Shown: piece after piece, positions 9,282 through 17,856 of the stretch
Position numbering within the stretch: position 1 is the stretch's first letter
Layout of the letters: the number at the start of each line of letters is the position of its first letter
Assembly (NCBI GenBank): GCA_035626855.1
Contig: DASPMW010000109.1
Span: forward strand, 895 to 64,894
Reading direction: 5' to 3'
From: Patescibacteria group bacterium
Lineage (GTDB): Bacteria; Pseudomonadota; Alphaproteobacteria; Micavibrionales; UBA2020
Length of the DNA stretch: 64,000 nucleotides
Translations under genes and position numbers: made by a program
The notes under the pieces: generated by a model
What the model was told of the DNA's origin: nothing
The model's input: the letters and a program-made list of their open reading frames with translations, nothing else
Databases searched by the model: none

Positions 9282-9512
9282 TTAGTGGACGGAAACGAGA
9301 TCGAGCTCATGATGGCGCGCAGAATTCTGCGCCGCGCCGGAATCCGCCTGGACGGCGAGCGCGGTGCCATCGGCTGCATGCAGCACCCAGGCCGGCTTGC
9401 CGTTGACCTGGTACTGCTTCACATAGCCGACTTCTTCAAGGCCAAGCTTCTGCAGATCCGATTGCGTCATCAGGAAGGGGATGTAATTTTCGGGCAGGAA
9501 GTTGCTTTTCAT
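9282..9512 (-). CDS. DUF1150-family small protein
   Basis: I chose the ATG at 9510-9512 (MKSNFLPENYIPFLMTQSDLQKLGLEEVGYVKQYQVNGKPAWVLHAADGTALAV...) with GAGG upstream. It lies immediately downstream of hsp20, a gene pair I recall as common in alphaproteobacteria. Confidence 0.6.
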   Translation of the reverse strand: MKSNFLPENYIPFLMTQSDLQKLGLEEVGYVKQYQVNGKPAWVLHAADGTALAVQADSGAAQNSARHHELDLVSVH

Positions 9513-9534
9513 CTGTTTACCTCGCCTTCTTATG

Positions 9535-10026
9535 TTACTTCGGCATATCTTTGTTGTCACGCGAAACATCCGCGGCGACGTCAATCGTCTGGGCTTTTTT
9601 GCCGTCTTTTCCGGACTTTATCGCGATTGTCTGAACCGTGGTTTCGGGGATGATGCGGCGCAGATCGACGTTCAGCAACCCGTTGTCGAGCGATGCGCCG
9701 ACGACCTCGATGTCCTCGCTCAGGATGAAGGAACGCTGGAACTGGCGTGTCGCGATCCCGCGATGCAGGAACAGGCGGTTTTCATCTTCCTCCGCCGTTT
9801 TGCGGCCGCGAATGACCAGCTGGTTCTGCTCGAGCTGCACGGAGAGATCATCCATCTCGAAACCCGCAACTGCTATCGTGATGCGCAGCAGCGTCTCGCT
9901 GACCTGCTCGATGTTGTAGGGCGGATAGCCTTCCGACGCTGCGCGCTGCGCGCGGTCGAGCGCGCGTTCGAACTGGTCGAAACCGAGAAGGAAAGGGCTG
10001 TCGAAAAGTGACAGGCGTCTGCTCAT
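9535..10026 (-). CDS. Small heat-shock protein, Hsp20/alpha-crystallin family
   Basis: 163 aa. YPPYNIEQVSETLLRITIAVAGF...LVIRG...FLHRGIATRQFQRSFILSEDIEV..ASLDNGLLNVDL is the IbpA/Hsp20 pattern. Confidence 0.9.
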   Translation of the reverse strand: MSRRLSLFDSPFLLGFDQFERALDRAQRAASEGYPPYNIEQVSETLLRITIAVAGFEMDDLSVQLEQNQLVIRGRKTAEEDENRLFLHRGIATRQFQRSFILSEDIEVVGASLDNGLLNVDLRRIIPETTVQTIAIKSGKDGKKAQTIDVAADVSRDNKDMPK

Positions 10027-10100
10027 ACCGATGCTCCTTGTCGCAAGCGAGCGTTGTGATCTTTATGGCTGCCCCCGACAGGCGGCGAGCAACCTCTATA
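10027..10100 (-). promoter_or_regulatory. ROSE-like RNA thermometer in the hsp20 5' UTR
   Basis: The mRNA-sense sequence just upstream of the ATG is GCUC-G-CUUG CGA CAAGGAGC (10033-10052), followed by CAUCGGU AUG. UCGCU (the UYGCU motif) pairs with the AGGA of the Shine-Dalgarno and leaves one bulged G, which is the hallmark of ROSE elements. Confidence 0.5.
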
Positions 10101-10108
10101 TGACCATA

Positions 10109-10136
10109 ATATAAAGTCGCAGCAGGCGAAAGCAAG
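10109..10136 (-). promoter_or_regulatory. Candidate RpoH (sigma-32)-type promoter for hsp20
   Basis: In minus-strand sense it reads CTTG-N16-CTTTATAT, close to the alphaproteobacterial heat-shock consensus CTTG-N17-CYTATNT. It would give a 5' UTR of about 75 nt. Confidence 0.35.
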
Positions 10137-10156
10137 CCGGGGAAATATTCATAGTT

Positions 10157-10747
10157 TCAGGGGGTTGGCGGCTTAGACGCGGCGGCTGGCGCCTGTTTTC
10201 CGTCGCGCAGGTCGATCAACAGCCGACGCATCTCGCTGATGGATTCTTTCATGTAATAGCGCTGGTTTTCGCGGTGCGCGTATTCAAGATAGCTGTTATC
10301 GATCGGATGCTTCTTCTTCCAGTACTCGATCATGGAGGGGCTGAGCGGTTTATAGGTCAGGTCGAAATCCCGCTCCGCGACATCGAGAAGTTTCAGCACA
10401 TCTTCAAACGCCGAGGCGCGGCCGTCCAGCTTCGCGCCGGCCGTACGCGTGAGATCTTCGGCAAGGCCGAGGATCTGGTTCGGGTCCTTGCCTTCATACC
10501 GCGCGCTGACGCGCGAAAAAATCTGCTTGAGGGATTTGTCTTCCTTCAAATCGCCAGCCGCGTAACCGACCGCCGCCGGCCAGCGGAACATTTCGGAGAG
10601 CTGCACATGCTCGGGCAGCAGCAAGCCGTTCGGACGGTTCTGCGTCAGCGGCTGGCTTGCGATCGCGAGCTCCTTGATCTTCTCGCCGATGGCTTTCTGG
10701 ATTTCATCGAGCGCGGCGTTGCGCTCCTGCCGGAATTTCCTGTCCAC
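10157..10747 (-). CDS. Hypothetical protein (orphan)
   Basis: 196 aa with a GTG start 5 nt after the stop of the upstream gene. GC is normal and codon use coding-like; no recognisable motif. Confidence 0.5.
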   Translation of the reverse strand: MDRKFRQERNAALDEIQKAIGEKIKELAIASQPLTQNRPNGLLLPEHVQLSEMFRWPAAVGYAAGDLKEDKSLKQIFSRVSARYEGKDPNQILGLAEDLTRTAGAKLDGRASAFEDVLKLLDVAERDFDLTYKPLSPSMIEYWKKKHPIDNSYLEYAHRENQRYYMKESISEMRRLLIDLRDGKQAPAAASKPPTP

Positions 10748-10752
10748 GGTAA

Positions 10753-11289
10753 CTACTCTAAGTTTAATTTAAATATCGCCAGCACCTCTGCATCAAACTC
10801 ATCTGGCCATGTACCTGGCTCAAGCCGCTCCACGGTTTTTATTACTTCGCAAAAATGCTCAGCGACGTCAAAAATAGAGAACAATCCGACATTGTTCAAC
10901 TTCGGCACAAAGTACTTTTCAATTAATGAAAATAATGGACCTAGTTTCGATTGTTTTTGTATCACTGACCAAGATATCGGGGGTTGCCATGACAGCATCG
11001 AATGCCAACAGTTCGACGCCACGTCATATCCGATAACACCTGTTCCCGCCTCAGACGTCGCCTTTTCTATTCCAACGAGTTCAAAATTCGGGTCCCGAGA
11101 ACGAAAAATCTCGAATAATGTTATCGCCTCATTCTTTTCAGGAATCATTTCCCCGTATTTGTAAACGTACTCATGCCAAGCTCGATTCCAAGCTTCAGTT
11201 TCATCAGCAAGTTCGTTATATGACGGGCCCAGCCGGTGAACGCCACGGTAATTTCCGGACGGAGATACCTGAAAAATTCGGTACCGCAT
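10753..11289 (-). CDS. Hypothetical protein encoded in an AT-rich insert
   Basis: 178 aa; its ATG lies 3 nt after the stop of the NifU-like gene. The DNA is visibly much more AT-rich than its neighbours; Trp/Phe/Glu-rich with no recognisable family. Confidence 0.5.
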   Translation of the reverse strand: MRYRIFQVSPSGNYRGVHRLGPSYNELADETEAWNRAWHEYVYKYGEMIPEKNEAITLFEIFRSRDPNFELVGIEKATSEAGTGVIGYDVASNCWHSMLSWQPPISWSVIQKQSKLGPLFSLIEKYFVPKLNNVGLFSIFDVAEHFCEVIKTVERLEPGTWPDEFDAEVLAIFKLNLE

Positions 11290-11292
11290 ACT

Positions 11293-11730
11293 TTATTCCT
11301 TTAAAAAAGCTTTTTCCACCGCCTCGAAGGGCAGCAGGATTGAATTGTGGCGCGCTTTATAATCCTTCACGGGCTCGAGTATCTGCAGCTTCGCCCAGTC
11401 GCCGGAGGGGAAAACTGTTTCGCCGTTCAGCATGGCTTCCAGCTCAGTCCCAGCGCGCGCGACGTCAGCCCTCGTTTTGCCGATAATTGCCTTGTTCATC
11501 ACGGCGACGACGGTTTTGGTCAGCGCGCAGGCCTCGACCTCGAAGCCGAAATCCGCGACGCGGTCGCCGTCGAGCTTGAGCTGAACGGTGATTTCGCTGC
11601 CGCAGATCGGGCTCACGGCCTTCGCGGTCGCGTCAGGAAAATGGATATGTTTTGGCAGCATGGCTTCGCCCGACAGCGCGATCAGCTCGGCGTTATAAAC
11701 GGCGAGCAGGCTGTCGTCATCGGCATCCAT
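11293..11730 (-). CDS. NifU-N/IscU-like iron-sulfur cluster scaffold homolog
   Basis: 145 aa. AVSPICGSEITVQLKLDGDRVADFGFEVEACALTKTVVAVM resembles the IscU/SufU fold pattern with conserved Cys. Confidence 0.65.
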   Translation of the reverse strand: MDADDDSLLAVYNAELIALSGEAMLPKHIHFPDATAKAVSPICGSEITVQLKLDGDRVADFGFEVEACALTKTVVAVMNKAIIGKTRADVARAGTELEAMLNGETVFPSGDWAKLQILEPVKDYKARHNSILLPFEAVEKAFLKE

Positions 11731-11937
11731 TTACGCGGCGCCGCGCGGGCGGTAGGGCTTCGCGCCGACCTGGTTGTTCTTGGTGAACAGCCGGTCGCAA
11801 TAACCGCAGACGGCTTCGTCATGGTCGTCAAAGGCGAGGAACACTTTGGGATGGCCGAGCACGCCGCCCCCGCCATTGCACGAGACCTGCGCCATCTCTT
11901 TCGGGACCAGCAGGACTTCGGGATGTTTGGTTACCAT
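11731..11937 (-). CDS. Zinc-finger (CHCC-type, NDUFS6-like) small protein
   Basis: 68 aa. VSCNGGGGVLGHPKVFLAFDDHDEAVCGYCDRLF is typical of the small alphaproteobacterial zf-CHCC proteins. Confidence 0.7.
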   Translation of the reverse strand: MVTKHPEVLLVPKEMAQVSCNGGGGVLGHPKVFLAFDDHDEAVCGYCDRLFTKNNQVGAKPYRPRGAA

Positions 11938-11946
11938 GATATCTCC

Positions 11947-12303
11947 TTAATCTTTTCCGCTCGGTGGCAGGCCAAAAAAGATAAACACGAAAAAAATTAC
12001 AAGTGCAGCGACGGCCGTGGCGAGATTGCGTAGGTCGTCTCTGCGGCGCAGATAAAAAATGGCTGATATCACCATACTCTGCAAGGCAATAAATGATATC
12101 AGGCGAGCGGACGCCATATACACTTCAGGGGTGACGTAGTTCCAGCCTGTTTCCGAGCCCCATGGATAATCCTTGAACCGCGCTGGCGATACATAAATCT
12201 CAGAAACAATCATCGCAAAAAATAACAAGACGCCGACAAATAGGACGGCATAAGCAGCACTTAAAATCCTTCCCCCAACAGTATTTATAGTTTTTGATAC
12301 CAT
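11947..12303 (-). CDS. Small three-TM membrane protein in an AT-rich insert
   Basis: 118 aa with three hydrophobic segments (AVLFVGVLLFFAMIV, LISFIALQSMVISAIFYL, AVAALVIFFVFIFFGL). The DNA is AT-rich, and the ATG overlaps the cysS 3' end by 19 nt. Confidence 0.45.
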   Translation of the reverse strand: MVSKTINTVGGRILSAAYAVLFVGVLLFFAMIVSEIYVSPARFKDYPWGSETGWNYVTPEVYMASARLISFIALQSMVISAIFYLRRRDDLRNLATAVAALVIFFVFIFFGLPPSGKD

Positions 12304-13694
12304 TGCGTGCCTTCTGGCCTATCCTTCAACATTAACCCAGTTTCGAGCAATACAGCACGCAACCGGTCAGCTTCTGCCCAATTTCTTTCTCGCCTCGCCG
12401 TGTCGCGAAGGGCGAGCAGATCTTCCTGCTCCTTCGTCAGTTGCGGCTTGTCCAGCGTCACGCCGCCAAGGCCCAACGCACTGTCGGCAGCATCGAGAAT
12501 AGCGAGCTTGTCCGGCACGGGCAGCGCCTCGTCCCGCATCGCTTCCCAAAGCGCGGAGAGCGCGATGGGCGAATTGAGGTCGTCCTGCATCGCCGCGTCG
12601 ATTTTTTGCACAACCGCCTTCGCCGCCGCGCCTGGCTGCGCCGCCGCCGGATAGGCGGCGCGCCATTCATCCGCCTTGTGGCAGAGCGTGTCGTAGGAGG
12701 TGCGAGCGCCGTCAAGCGAGTCCCAACTGAATTTAAGCTGCCCGCGGTAATGCGCCGTCAGGCACAGATAGCGGTAATGCATCGCCGTGTAACCTGCATC
12801 CAGCACCTTCTGCAAGGTGAGGAAGCCGTCTTTCGATTTCGACATCTTGTCGTTATCGAGCAGAAGGAATTCGCCATGCAGCCAGTAATTCACCCATTGA
12901 TGATCGAAACAGCCTTCGGACTGCGCAATCTCGTTCGTGTGGTGCACGGGGATATGGTCGATGCCGCCGCAATGGATGTCGATATACTCGCCAAGGTATT
13001 TCGTCGCCATCGCCGAGCATTCGATATGCCAGCCCGGGAAGCCTTCGCCCCAGGGACTCGGCCATTTCATGATCTGGTTCGGGTATTTCGATCCGTGCAA
13101 TGTGAACCACAGGACGAAATCCGTGGGGTTGCGCTTGTTGTCATCCGCCTCGACGCGGCCCTGCAGGTCCTGCGCCTCCGGCATGCGCGCCAGGTCGCGG
13201 TAATGCGGGAATTTCGCCGTGTCGAAATAGACATTCGGCTGGTTGCCCCCTGATTTGTAGGCATAGCCCTTCTGCTCCAGCGTTTCGACCATGCCGATCA
13301 TTTCGGGGATATGATCGGTCGCGCGGCATACGATATGCGGCTTCAGGATGCCGAGCCTGCGGCAGTCGGCGAAGAACGCTTCTTCGTAAAACTTCGCAAT
13401 GTCCCAAGGCGATTTCTGCTCGCGCGCGGAGGCGAGCGCCATTTTATCTTCGCCCTCGTCGGCATCGGATTGCAGGTGACCGACATCGGTGATGTTCATG
13501 ACATGGGTCAGCGCGAAGCCCGCGCGCGCGATTGTCCGGCGCAGCAGGTCCTCGAACACATAGGTGCGGAGGTTGCCGATATGGGCATAGTTGTAAACCG
13601 TCGGCCCGCAGCAATAGAGCTTCACCTGCTTCGGCTCGAGCGGCTTGAATTCTTCCTTCTGGCGCGTGAGCGTATTGTAGAGGTGGAGCGGCAT
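12285..13694 (-). CDS. cysS: Cysteine--tRNA ligase
   Basis: 469 aa with the HIGH motif (YNYAHIGNLRTY) and KMSKS (DKMSKSKDG), plus class I cysteinyl-tRNA synthetase architecture. Confidence 0.95.
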   Translation of the reverse strand: MPLHLYNTLTRQKEEFKPLEPKQVKLYCCGPTVYNYAHIGNLRTYVFEDLLRRTIARAGFALTHVMNITDVGHLQSDADEGEDKMALASAREQKSPWDIAKFYEEAFFADCRRLGILKPHIVCRATDHIPEMIGMVETLEQKGYAYKSGGNQPNVYFDTAKFPHYRDLARMPEAQDLQGRVEADDNKRNPTDFVLWFTLHGSKYPNQIMKWPSPWGEGFPGWHIECSAMATKYLGEYIDIHCGGIDHIPVHHTNEIAQSEGCFDHQWVNYWLHGEFLLLDNDKMSKSKDGFLTLQKVLDAGYTAMHYRYLCLTAHYRGQLKFSWDSLDGARTSYDTLCHKADEWRAAYPAAAQPGAAAKAVVQKIDAAMQDDLNSPIALSALWEAMRDEALPVPDKLAILDAADSALGLGGVTLDKPQLTKEQEDLLALRDTARRERNWAEADRLRAVLLETGLMLKDRPEGTQWYQKL

Positions 13695-13696
13695 GG

Positions 13697-14005
13697 TTAC
13701 TTGAACTTCACATACATGCCGCCCGCGTCTTTGGACATCACGGGCGTCGCGCTTTCGACATAGCCGTTCATCTTTTCGACCTTGAAGTAACGTGCCACGG
13801 GCTGGAACAGCGTCTCGCCCTCGCCCGGCCTTGCGGGGTTGAAGCGGATGAACATCGTCTTTGCAGAGGTTTTCTTGGCGTATTTCACGGTGTGGTCGAG
13901 CGTGTGCAGCGCGTCCTGCCGCTCCATGTTGCGCAGGTCGAGCTTCACTTCCGCGCCCTCGACATCAAGGTCGCCGGTTCCCGCTATCTGGTCGAAAAAA
14001 TTCAT
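13697..14005 (-). CDS. Hypothetical small protein (possible Smr-like fold)
   Basis: I chose the ATG at 14003-14005 (GAGGG 6 nt upstream): MNFFDQIAGTGDLDVEGAEVKLDLRNMERQDALHTLDHTV... The KLDLRN..QDAL pattern weakly recalls Smr domains. Its stop lies 2 nt before the cysS start. Confidence 0.4.
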   Translation of the reverse strand: MNFFDQIAGTGDLDVEGAEVKLDLRNMERQDALHTLDHTVKYAKKTSAKTMFIRFNPARPGEGETLFQPVARYFKVEKMNGYVESATPVMSKDAGGMYVKFK

Positions 14006-14067
14006 ATATCCCTCTTTGCCGACAGCCGCCAATATAGCAATATCGCGGGCGGAAAGTGAGTCCAAAA

Positions 14068-15471
14068 ATGGCGCAGTCCTTCGATCTTATCCTTAAAAAC
14101 GGCACGGTTGCGACCCCCTGGGGGCTTGTCGAAACGGATATCGCGGTATCGGACGGCCGCATCGCCGATCTTGGCGATTTCTCGCAAGGCAGGGCGCGCG
14201 AAATTGTCGACTGCAAAGGCTTGCACATCCTGCCGGGCGCGATCGACACGCAGGTGCATTTGCGTGAACCGGGCCTGACGCACAAGGAAGATTTATCGAC
14301 CGGCACGCTGGCCGCGATTGCAGGCGGAGTGACGACTGTGTTCGAGATGCCGAATACCGACCCGCTGACGGTGAGCGCCGGCGCCCTGCACGACAAGCTG
14401 CACCGCGCCGCCGAAAAAGCTTTCTGCGACTATGCCTTCTTTATCGGCGGCTGCGCGGAAAACGCGCATATCTTGGCGCAGCTTGAGAAAATGCCGGGCT
14501 GCTGCGGCGTGAAGGTGTTCATGGGTTCCTCGACCGGCACGCTGCTGGCGGCGCAGGATGAAGTCATTTTTAAGATCCTGCAAAATGGAACCCGCCGCGT
14601 GGCCCTCCATGCCGAGGATGAAGAGCGCCTGAAGGCGCGCAAACACATCGCCGAAGACAGCCATGACGTGAAGGACCACCCGCTCTGGCGCGATGCCGAA
14701 TGCGCGATGATGGCGGTGCGCCGCGCGGTGAAGCTGGCGCGCGAAGCGGGACGGCGCATTCATTTCCTGCATGTCACCTCCGGCGACGAGATGGTTTACC
14801 TCGCCGACCACAAAGATATCTGCACGATCGAGACGACGCCGCAGCACCTGACGCTATCCGCGCCCGAATGTTACGAGCGCCTTGGTACGCGCGCACAAAT
14901 GAACCCGCCGATCCGCGACAAGGCCCATACCGACATGCTGTGGGATGCCATCAATAAAGGCGTTGTGGACGTGTTGGGTTCCGACCATGCGCCGCATACG
15001 CTCGAGGAAAAGGCGAAGTCATACCCGGCCTCCCCCTCCGGCATGACGGGGGTGCAGACGATGGTGCCGGTCATGCTGAACCATGTAAACAATAACAAGC
15101 TGCCGCTGATGCGCGTGGTCGACCTGCTTGCGCATGGCCCGCAGCGCATCTATCAGATCGCCGGCAAGGGGCGCATCGCGCTTGGCTATGACGCGGATTT
15201 CACGATCGTCGATATGCACCGCGAAAAAACTATCAACGATAAATGGATCAAGTCGCGCTGCGGCTGGACGCCGTTCGATGGCATGAAGGTGAAAGGCTGG
15301 GTGCAGGGCACCGTCCTTCGTGGACACACGGTGATGTGGGACGATGAAATCACAGAATCGGCGAAGACCCGCGCCGTGCGTGGGGAGCCGGTTCGTTTTG
15401 CCGATTTGTTGACAAAAGCAACAAACTTGCCGGACGAAGAAATAAACGTACCGGGCATGGATTGCTGCTAG
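14068..15471 (+). CDS. pyrC: Dihydroorotase-family cyclic amidohydrolase
   Basis: LPGAIDTQVHLREPGLTHKEDLSTGTLAAIAGGVTTVFEMPNT shows the metal-binding DxHxH motif, and VLGSDHAPH lies downstream. The start is ATG 14068 or GTG 14056. Allantoinase or hydantoinase cannot be excluded. Confidence 0.75.
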   Translation: MAQSFDLILKNGTVATPWGLVETDIAVSDGRIADLGDFSQGRAREIVDCKGLHILPGAIDTQVHLREPGLTHKEDLSTGTLAAIAGGVTTVFEMPNTDPLTVSAGALHDKLHRAAEKAFCDYAFFIGGCAENAHILAQLEKMPGCCGVKVFMGSSTGTLLAAQDEVIFKILQNGTRRVALHAEDEERLKARKHIAEDSHDVKDHPLWRDAECAMMAVRRAVKLAREAGRRIHFLHVTSGDEMVYLADHKDICTIETTPQHLTLSAPECYERLGTRAQMNPPIRDKAHTDMLWDAINKGVVDVLGSDHAPHTLEEKAKSYPASPSGMTGVQTMVPVMLNHVNNNKLPLMRVVDLLAHGPQRIYQIAGKGRIALGYDADFTIVDMHREKTINDKWIKSRCGWTPFDGMKVKGWVQGTVLRGHTVMWDDEITESAKTRAVRGEPVRFADLLTKATNLPDEEINVPGMDCC

Positions 15472-15594
15472 GCCGCGAATAGGCGTTCAAAAACAATTGT
15501 TTACCGATCTTAACAGCAGGTTAAATTTTCATAAAATTTATCTGATATCTTACACAATTCCTTAAACCTGTTGGCGTAAAATGGTTTAAATCAA

Positions 15595-17817
15595 ATGCCT
15601 TGGGGGGCATTTCCAAAGTCAGGGGTATATACGGTCTTGGAACGCGATCCAGCCGAATTCGAGCGAAGCGTGGAGGGCAGCACGCGCAGGAGCCGTTGGA
15701 GTTTCCTCTCCGCGGATGCCTCCGGTTCCAGCCCCGTCTGGCGCAGCCGCATCTCCTGGCGCATCACGATCGCGGTGTTCGGCACCATCATGCTGGTGCA
15801 GGGCGCTGTCCTTGCCTTCAACGTCAAAAGCTATGAGGCGGACAAGCTTAACTCGCTGGCCGAACTGGCGCGGGTCGCGATCACCGCCACGGTTTCCGAC
15901 GCGCCGGGCCAGCCGCCGCTGACCGACGCGGTCGCGCGCCGGCTCTCCGGCAACACGGTTATCGACGGCCTCGCGATTTACGATTTGCAGTTCAAGCCGG
16001 TCTACGGCTTCGGCACGCCGCCCGCCATTATCCCCGACAGCAATCCCGCGACGCCCGCCACGGTGCGCTCCTCAGACGGACACGATTATGATGTCTGGTT
16101 CCAGCCGAAGCATACCGCCAAGCCGTACCACATCGCCGCGCGCATCGATTCAACCGGCGTCGATGAAATGGTCGCAAAGCAGATCCACCAGACGCTGATC
16201 ATCCTGCTGCTGCTGTCGGGACTCGTCACCGCCATCATGATGCTGGCGCTCGGCGCCTGGCTGCTGGAGCCGATCATGGTCCTGCGCAACAACCTGCTCT
16301 CCGCCGCGCGCAATCCGGAGAAACCGGAACTGCAGAAACCAAGTGTCGAAAGCCGCGACGAAATAGGCGTGGCGATCCGCATCGCCAACGACCTGATCCG
16401 CCAGAATGCGAACAACCTGAAGCGCTTGCGCAGCCAAGCGGAAGACAAGATCCACAAGCTCGCCTATTACGATAACCTGACCGGCCTGCCCAATCGCACC
16501 TACTTCCTCGAAAAGCTTGACGATACCATCCGTCACAAGGTGGTGGAGGAAGACCGCCGCATCGCCGTGTTCTCGGTCGACCTTGACCATTTCAAGGACA
16601 TCAACGACACGATGGGCCATGAATTCGGCGACAAGCTCTTGGAGGCGATCGGCAAGCGCCTTGTTAAATCCATGCCGGAGGATGCGATCATTTCCCGCGC
16701 CTCGGCCGACGAATTCACGATCATGGTCGTACTGAAGCCGGAATACGCGGAAAGCCAGGTGCTCATCGACCGCATCTTCCAGGCGATGGGCGAGCCTGTC
16801 AGCATCCTGCAGGAACGTTTCCAGGTGCGCGTCTCGATCGGCGTGTCGCATTGCCCCGATGATACGATGGAGGCGCGGCAGCTGTTGAAGAACGCCGATA
16901 TCGCGCTGAACCGCGCCAAGGAAGAAGGCCGCGACACCGTTCGTTTCTACAGCCAGGATTTCGACCTTGCCGTCCAGCAGCGCTTCCAGCTGTTGCGCGA
17001 CCTGCGCTCGGCGCTCGACGAAAACCAGCTCATGCTGCATTACCATCCGCAGTTCGACCTGCGCACCGGCCAGCTGATCGGCGCGGAAGTGCTGCTGCGC
17101 TGGTTCCTGCCCGACAATTCCAAGGACGGCGGCTATTACGTCTCGCCGGCGGAATTCATTCCGGTTGCCGAGCAATCCGGCTTGATCGTTCCGATCGGCG
17201 AATGGGTTTTGCGCACCGCCTGCGCGCAGATCAAGGCTTGGCAGGAAATGGGCATCCCGCCCTTCCGCGTCGCGGTCAATATCTCGGGCGTACAGTTCCA
17301 CAAGGCCGACATCGTCGCGCTGACGGATGACGTGCTGAAAACCACCAAGCTCGACCCGAAGCTGCTGGAGCTGGAAGTCACTGAATCCGTCTTCATGGAA
17401 AATATGCAGATGACGATCGACATCCTGAACCAGCTGCACCGCCTGGGCGTCGAGCTGGCCGTGGACGATTTCGGCACAGGCTATTCGTCGCTGTCCTACC
17501 TGCGCCAGTTCCCGATCGACCGCCTGAAAATCGACCAGTCCTTCATCCGGAACGCGCTCGTCAACCCCGACGACCGCATGATCACGAAGACAATCATCAA
17601 TCTTGGCCACAGCCTGAACCTGAAGGTTATCGCCGAAGGGGTCGAGACGAACGACCACGAAAACTTCCTGAAGGAAGAGGGCTGCGACGAGGTCCAGGGG
17701 TTCAAATACACCAAGCCGCTGCCTGTCGATAAATTCCGCGACTACGTCATCAACTACAACCGCGAATGGGCGAAGAAAAACCGCCCCGCCCTGGTCGCCG
17801 AAGAAAAGAAGGCCTGA
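15595..17817 (+). CDS. Membrane-bound GGDEF-EAL (c-di-GMP turnover) signalling protein
   Basis: 740 aa with two TM segments flanking a periplasmic region and a HAMP-like linker. The GGDEF region reads SADEF in the RxGGDEF position (degenerate), and the EAL domain carries EVLLRW, EVTES, DDFGTGYSSLSYL and KIDQSF. Confidence 0.9.
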   Translation: MPWGAFPKSGVYTVLERDPAEFERSVEGSTRRSRWSFLSADASGSSPVWRSRISWRITIAVFGTIMLVQGAVLAFNVKSYEADKLNSLAELARVAITATVSDAPGQPPLTDAVARRLSGNTVIDGLAIYDLQFKPVYGFGTPPAIIPDSNPATPATVRSSDGHDYDVWFQPKHTAKPYHIAARIDSTGVDEMVAKQIHQTLIILLLLSGLVTAIMMLALGAWLLEPIMVLRNNLLSAARNPEKPELQKPSVESRDEIGVAIRIANDLIRQNANNLKRLRSQAEDKIHKLAYYDNLTGLPNRTYFLEKLDDTIRHKVVEEDRRIAVFSVDLDHFKDINDTMGHEFGDKLLEAIGKRLVKSMPEDAIISRASADEFTIMVVLKPEYAESQVLIDRIFQAMGEPVSILQERFQVRVSIGVSHCPDDTMEARQLLKNADIALNRAKEEGRDTVRFYSQDFDLAVQQRFQLLRDLRSALDENQLMLHYHPQFDLRTGQLIGAEVLLRWFLPDNSKDGGYYVSPAEFIPVAEQSGLIVPIGEWVLRTACAQIKAWQEMGIPPFRVAVNISGVQFHKADIVALTDDVLKTTKLDPKLLELEVTESVFMENMQMTIDILNQLHRLGVELAVDDFGTGYSSLSYLRQFPIDRLKIDQSFIRNALVNPDDRMITKTIINLGHSLNLKVIAEGVETNDHENFLKEEGCDEVQGFKYTKPLPVDKFRDYVINYNREWAKKNRPALVAEEKKA

Positions 17818-17856
17818 GCCCTTCCTGAAATTCCGGGCTTGCGCTATCATCCAGCC

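Noticed and set aside
14056-14067. Upstream GTG start for the dihydroorotase-like gene, plus several other TTG/GTG ORF-track starts (17839 aroA, 56583 maeB, 60908 ivd, 26244 paralog A, 49335 thiolase, 50728 TerC, 52676 dehydrogenase).
   Set aside because: In each case a downstream ATG has a better-placed Shine-Dalgarno and an N-terminus matching the family. The extensions look like non-coding leader sequence.
16150-17850. 566-aa ORF antisense to the GGDEF-EAL gene. Similar very long antisense or shadow ORFs occur elsewhere: 45293..48178 (+, 961 aa), 57054..58907 (-, 617 aa), 28370..30133 (+, 587 aa), 34021..35625 (+, 534 aa), 42548..44128 (+, 526 aa), 20501..21709 (-, 402 aa), 60524..61810 (-, 428 aa) and 48199..49296 (+, 365 aa).
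   Set aside because: Each lies opposite a gene with unmistakable family motifs (EAL, FadN, MaeB, LeuA, M20, TIGR03032-like, S1, IVD, thiolase). Their translations are Arg/Ala/Gly/Asp-rich low-complexity strings typical of stop-poor antisense frames in high-GC DNA.
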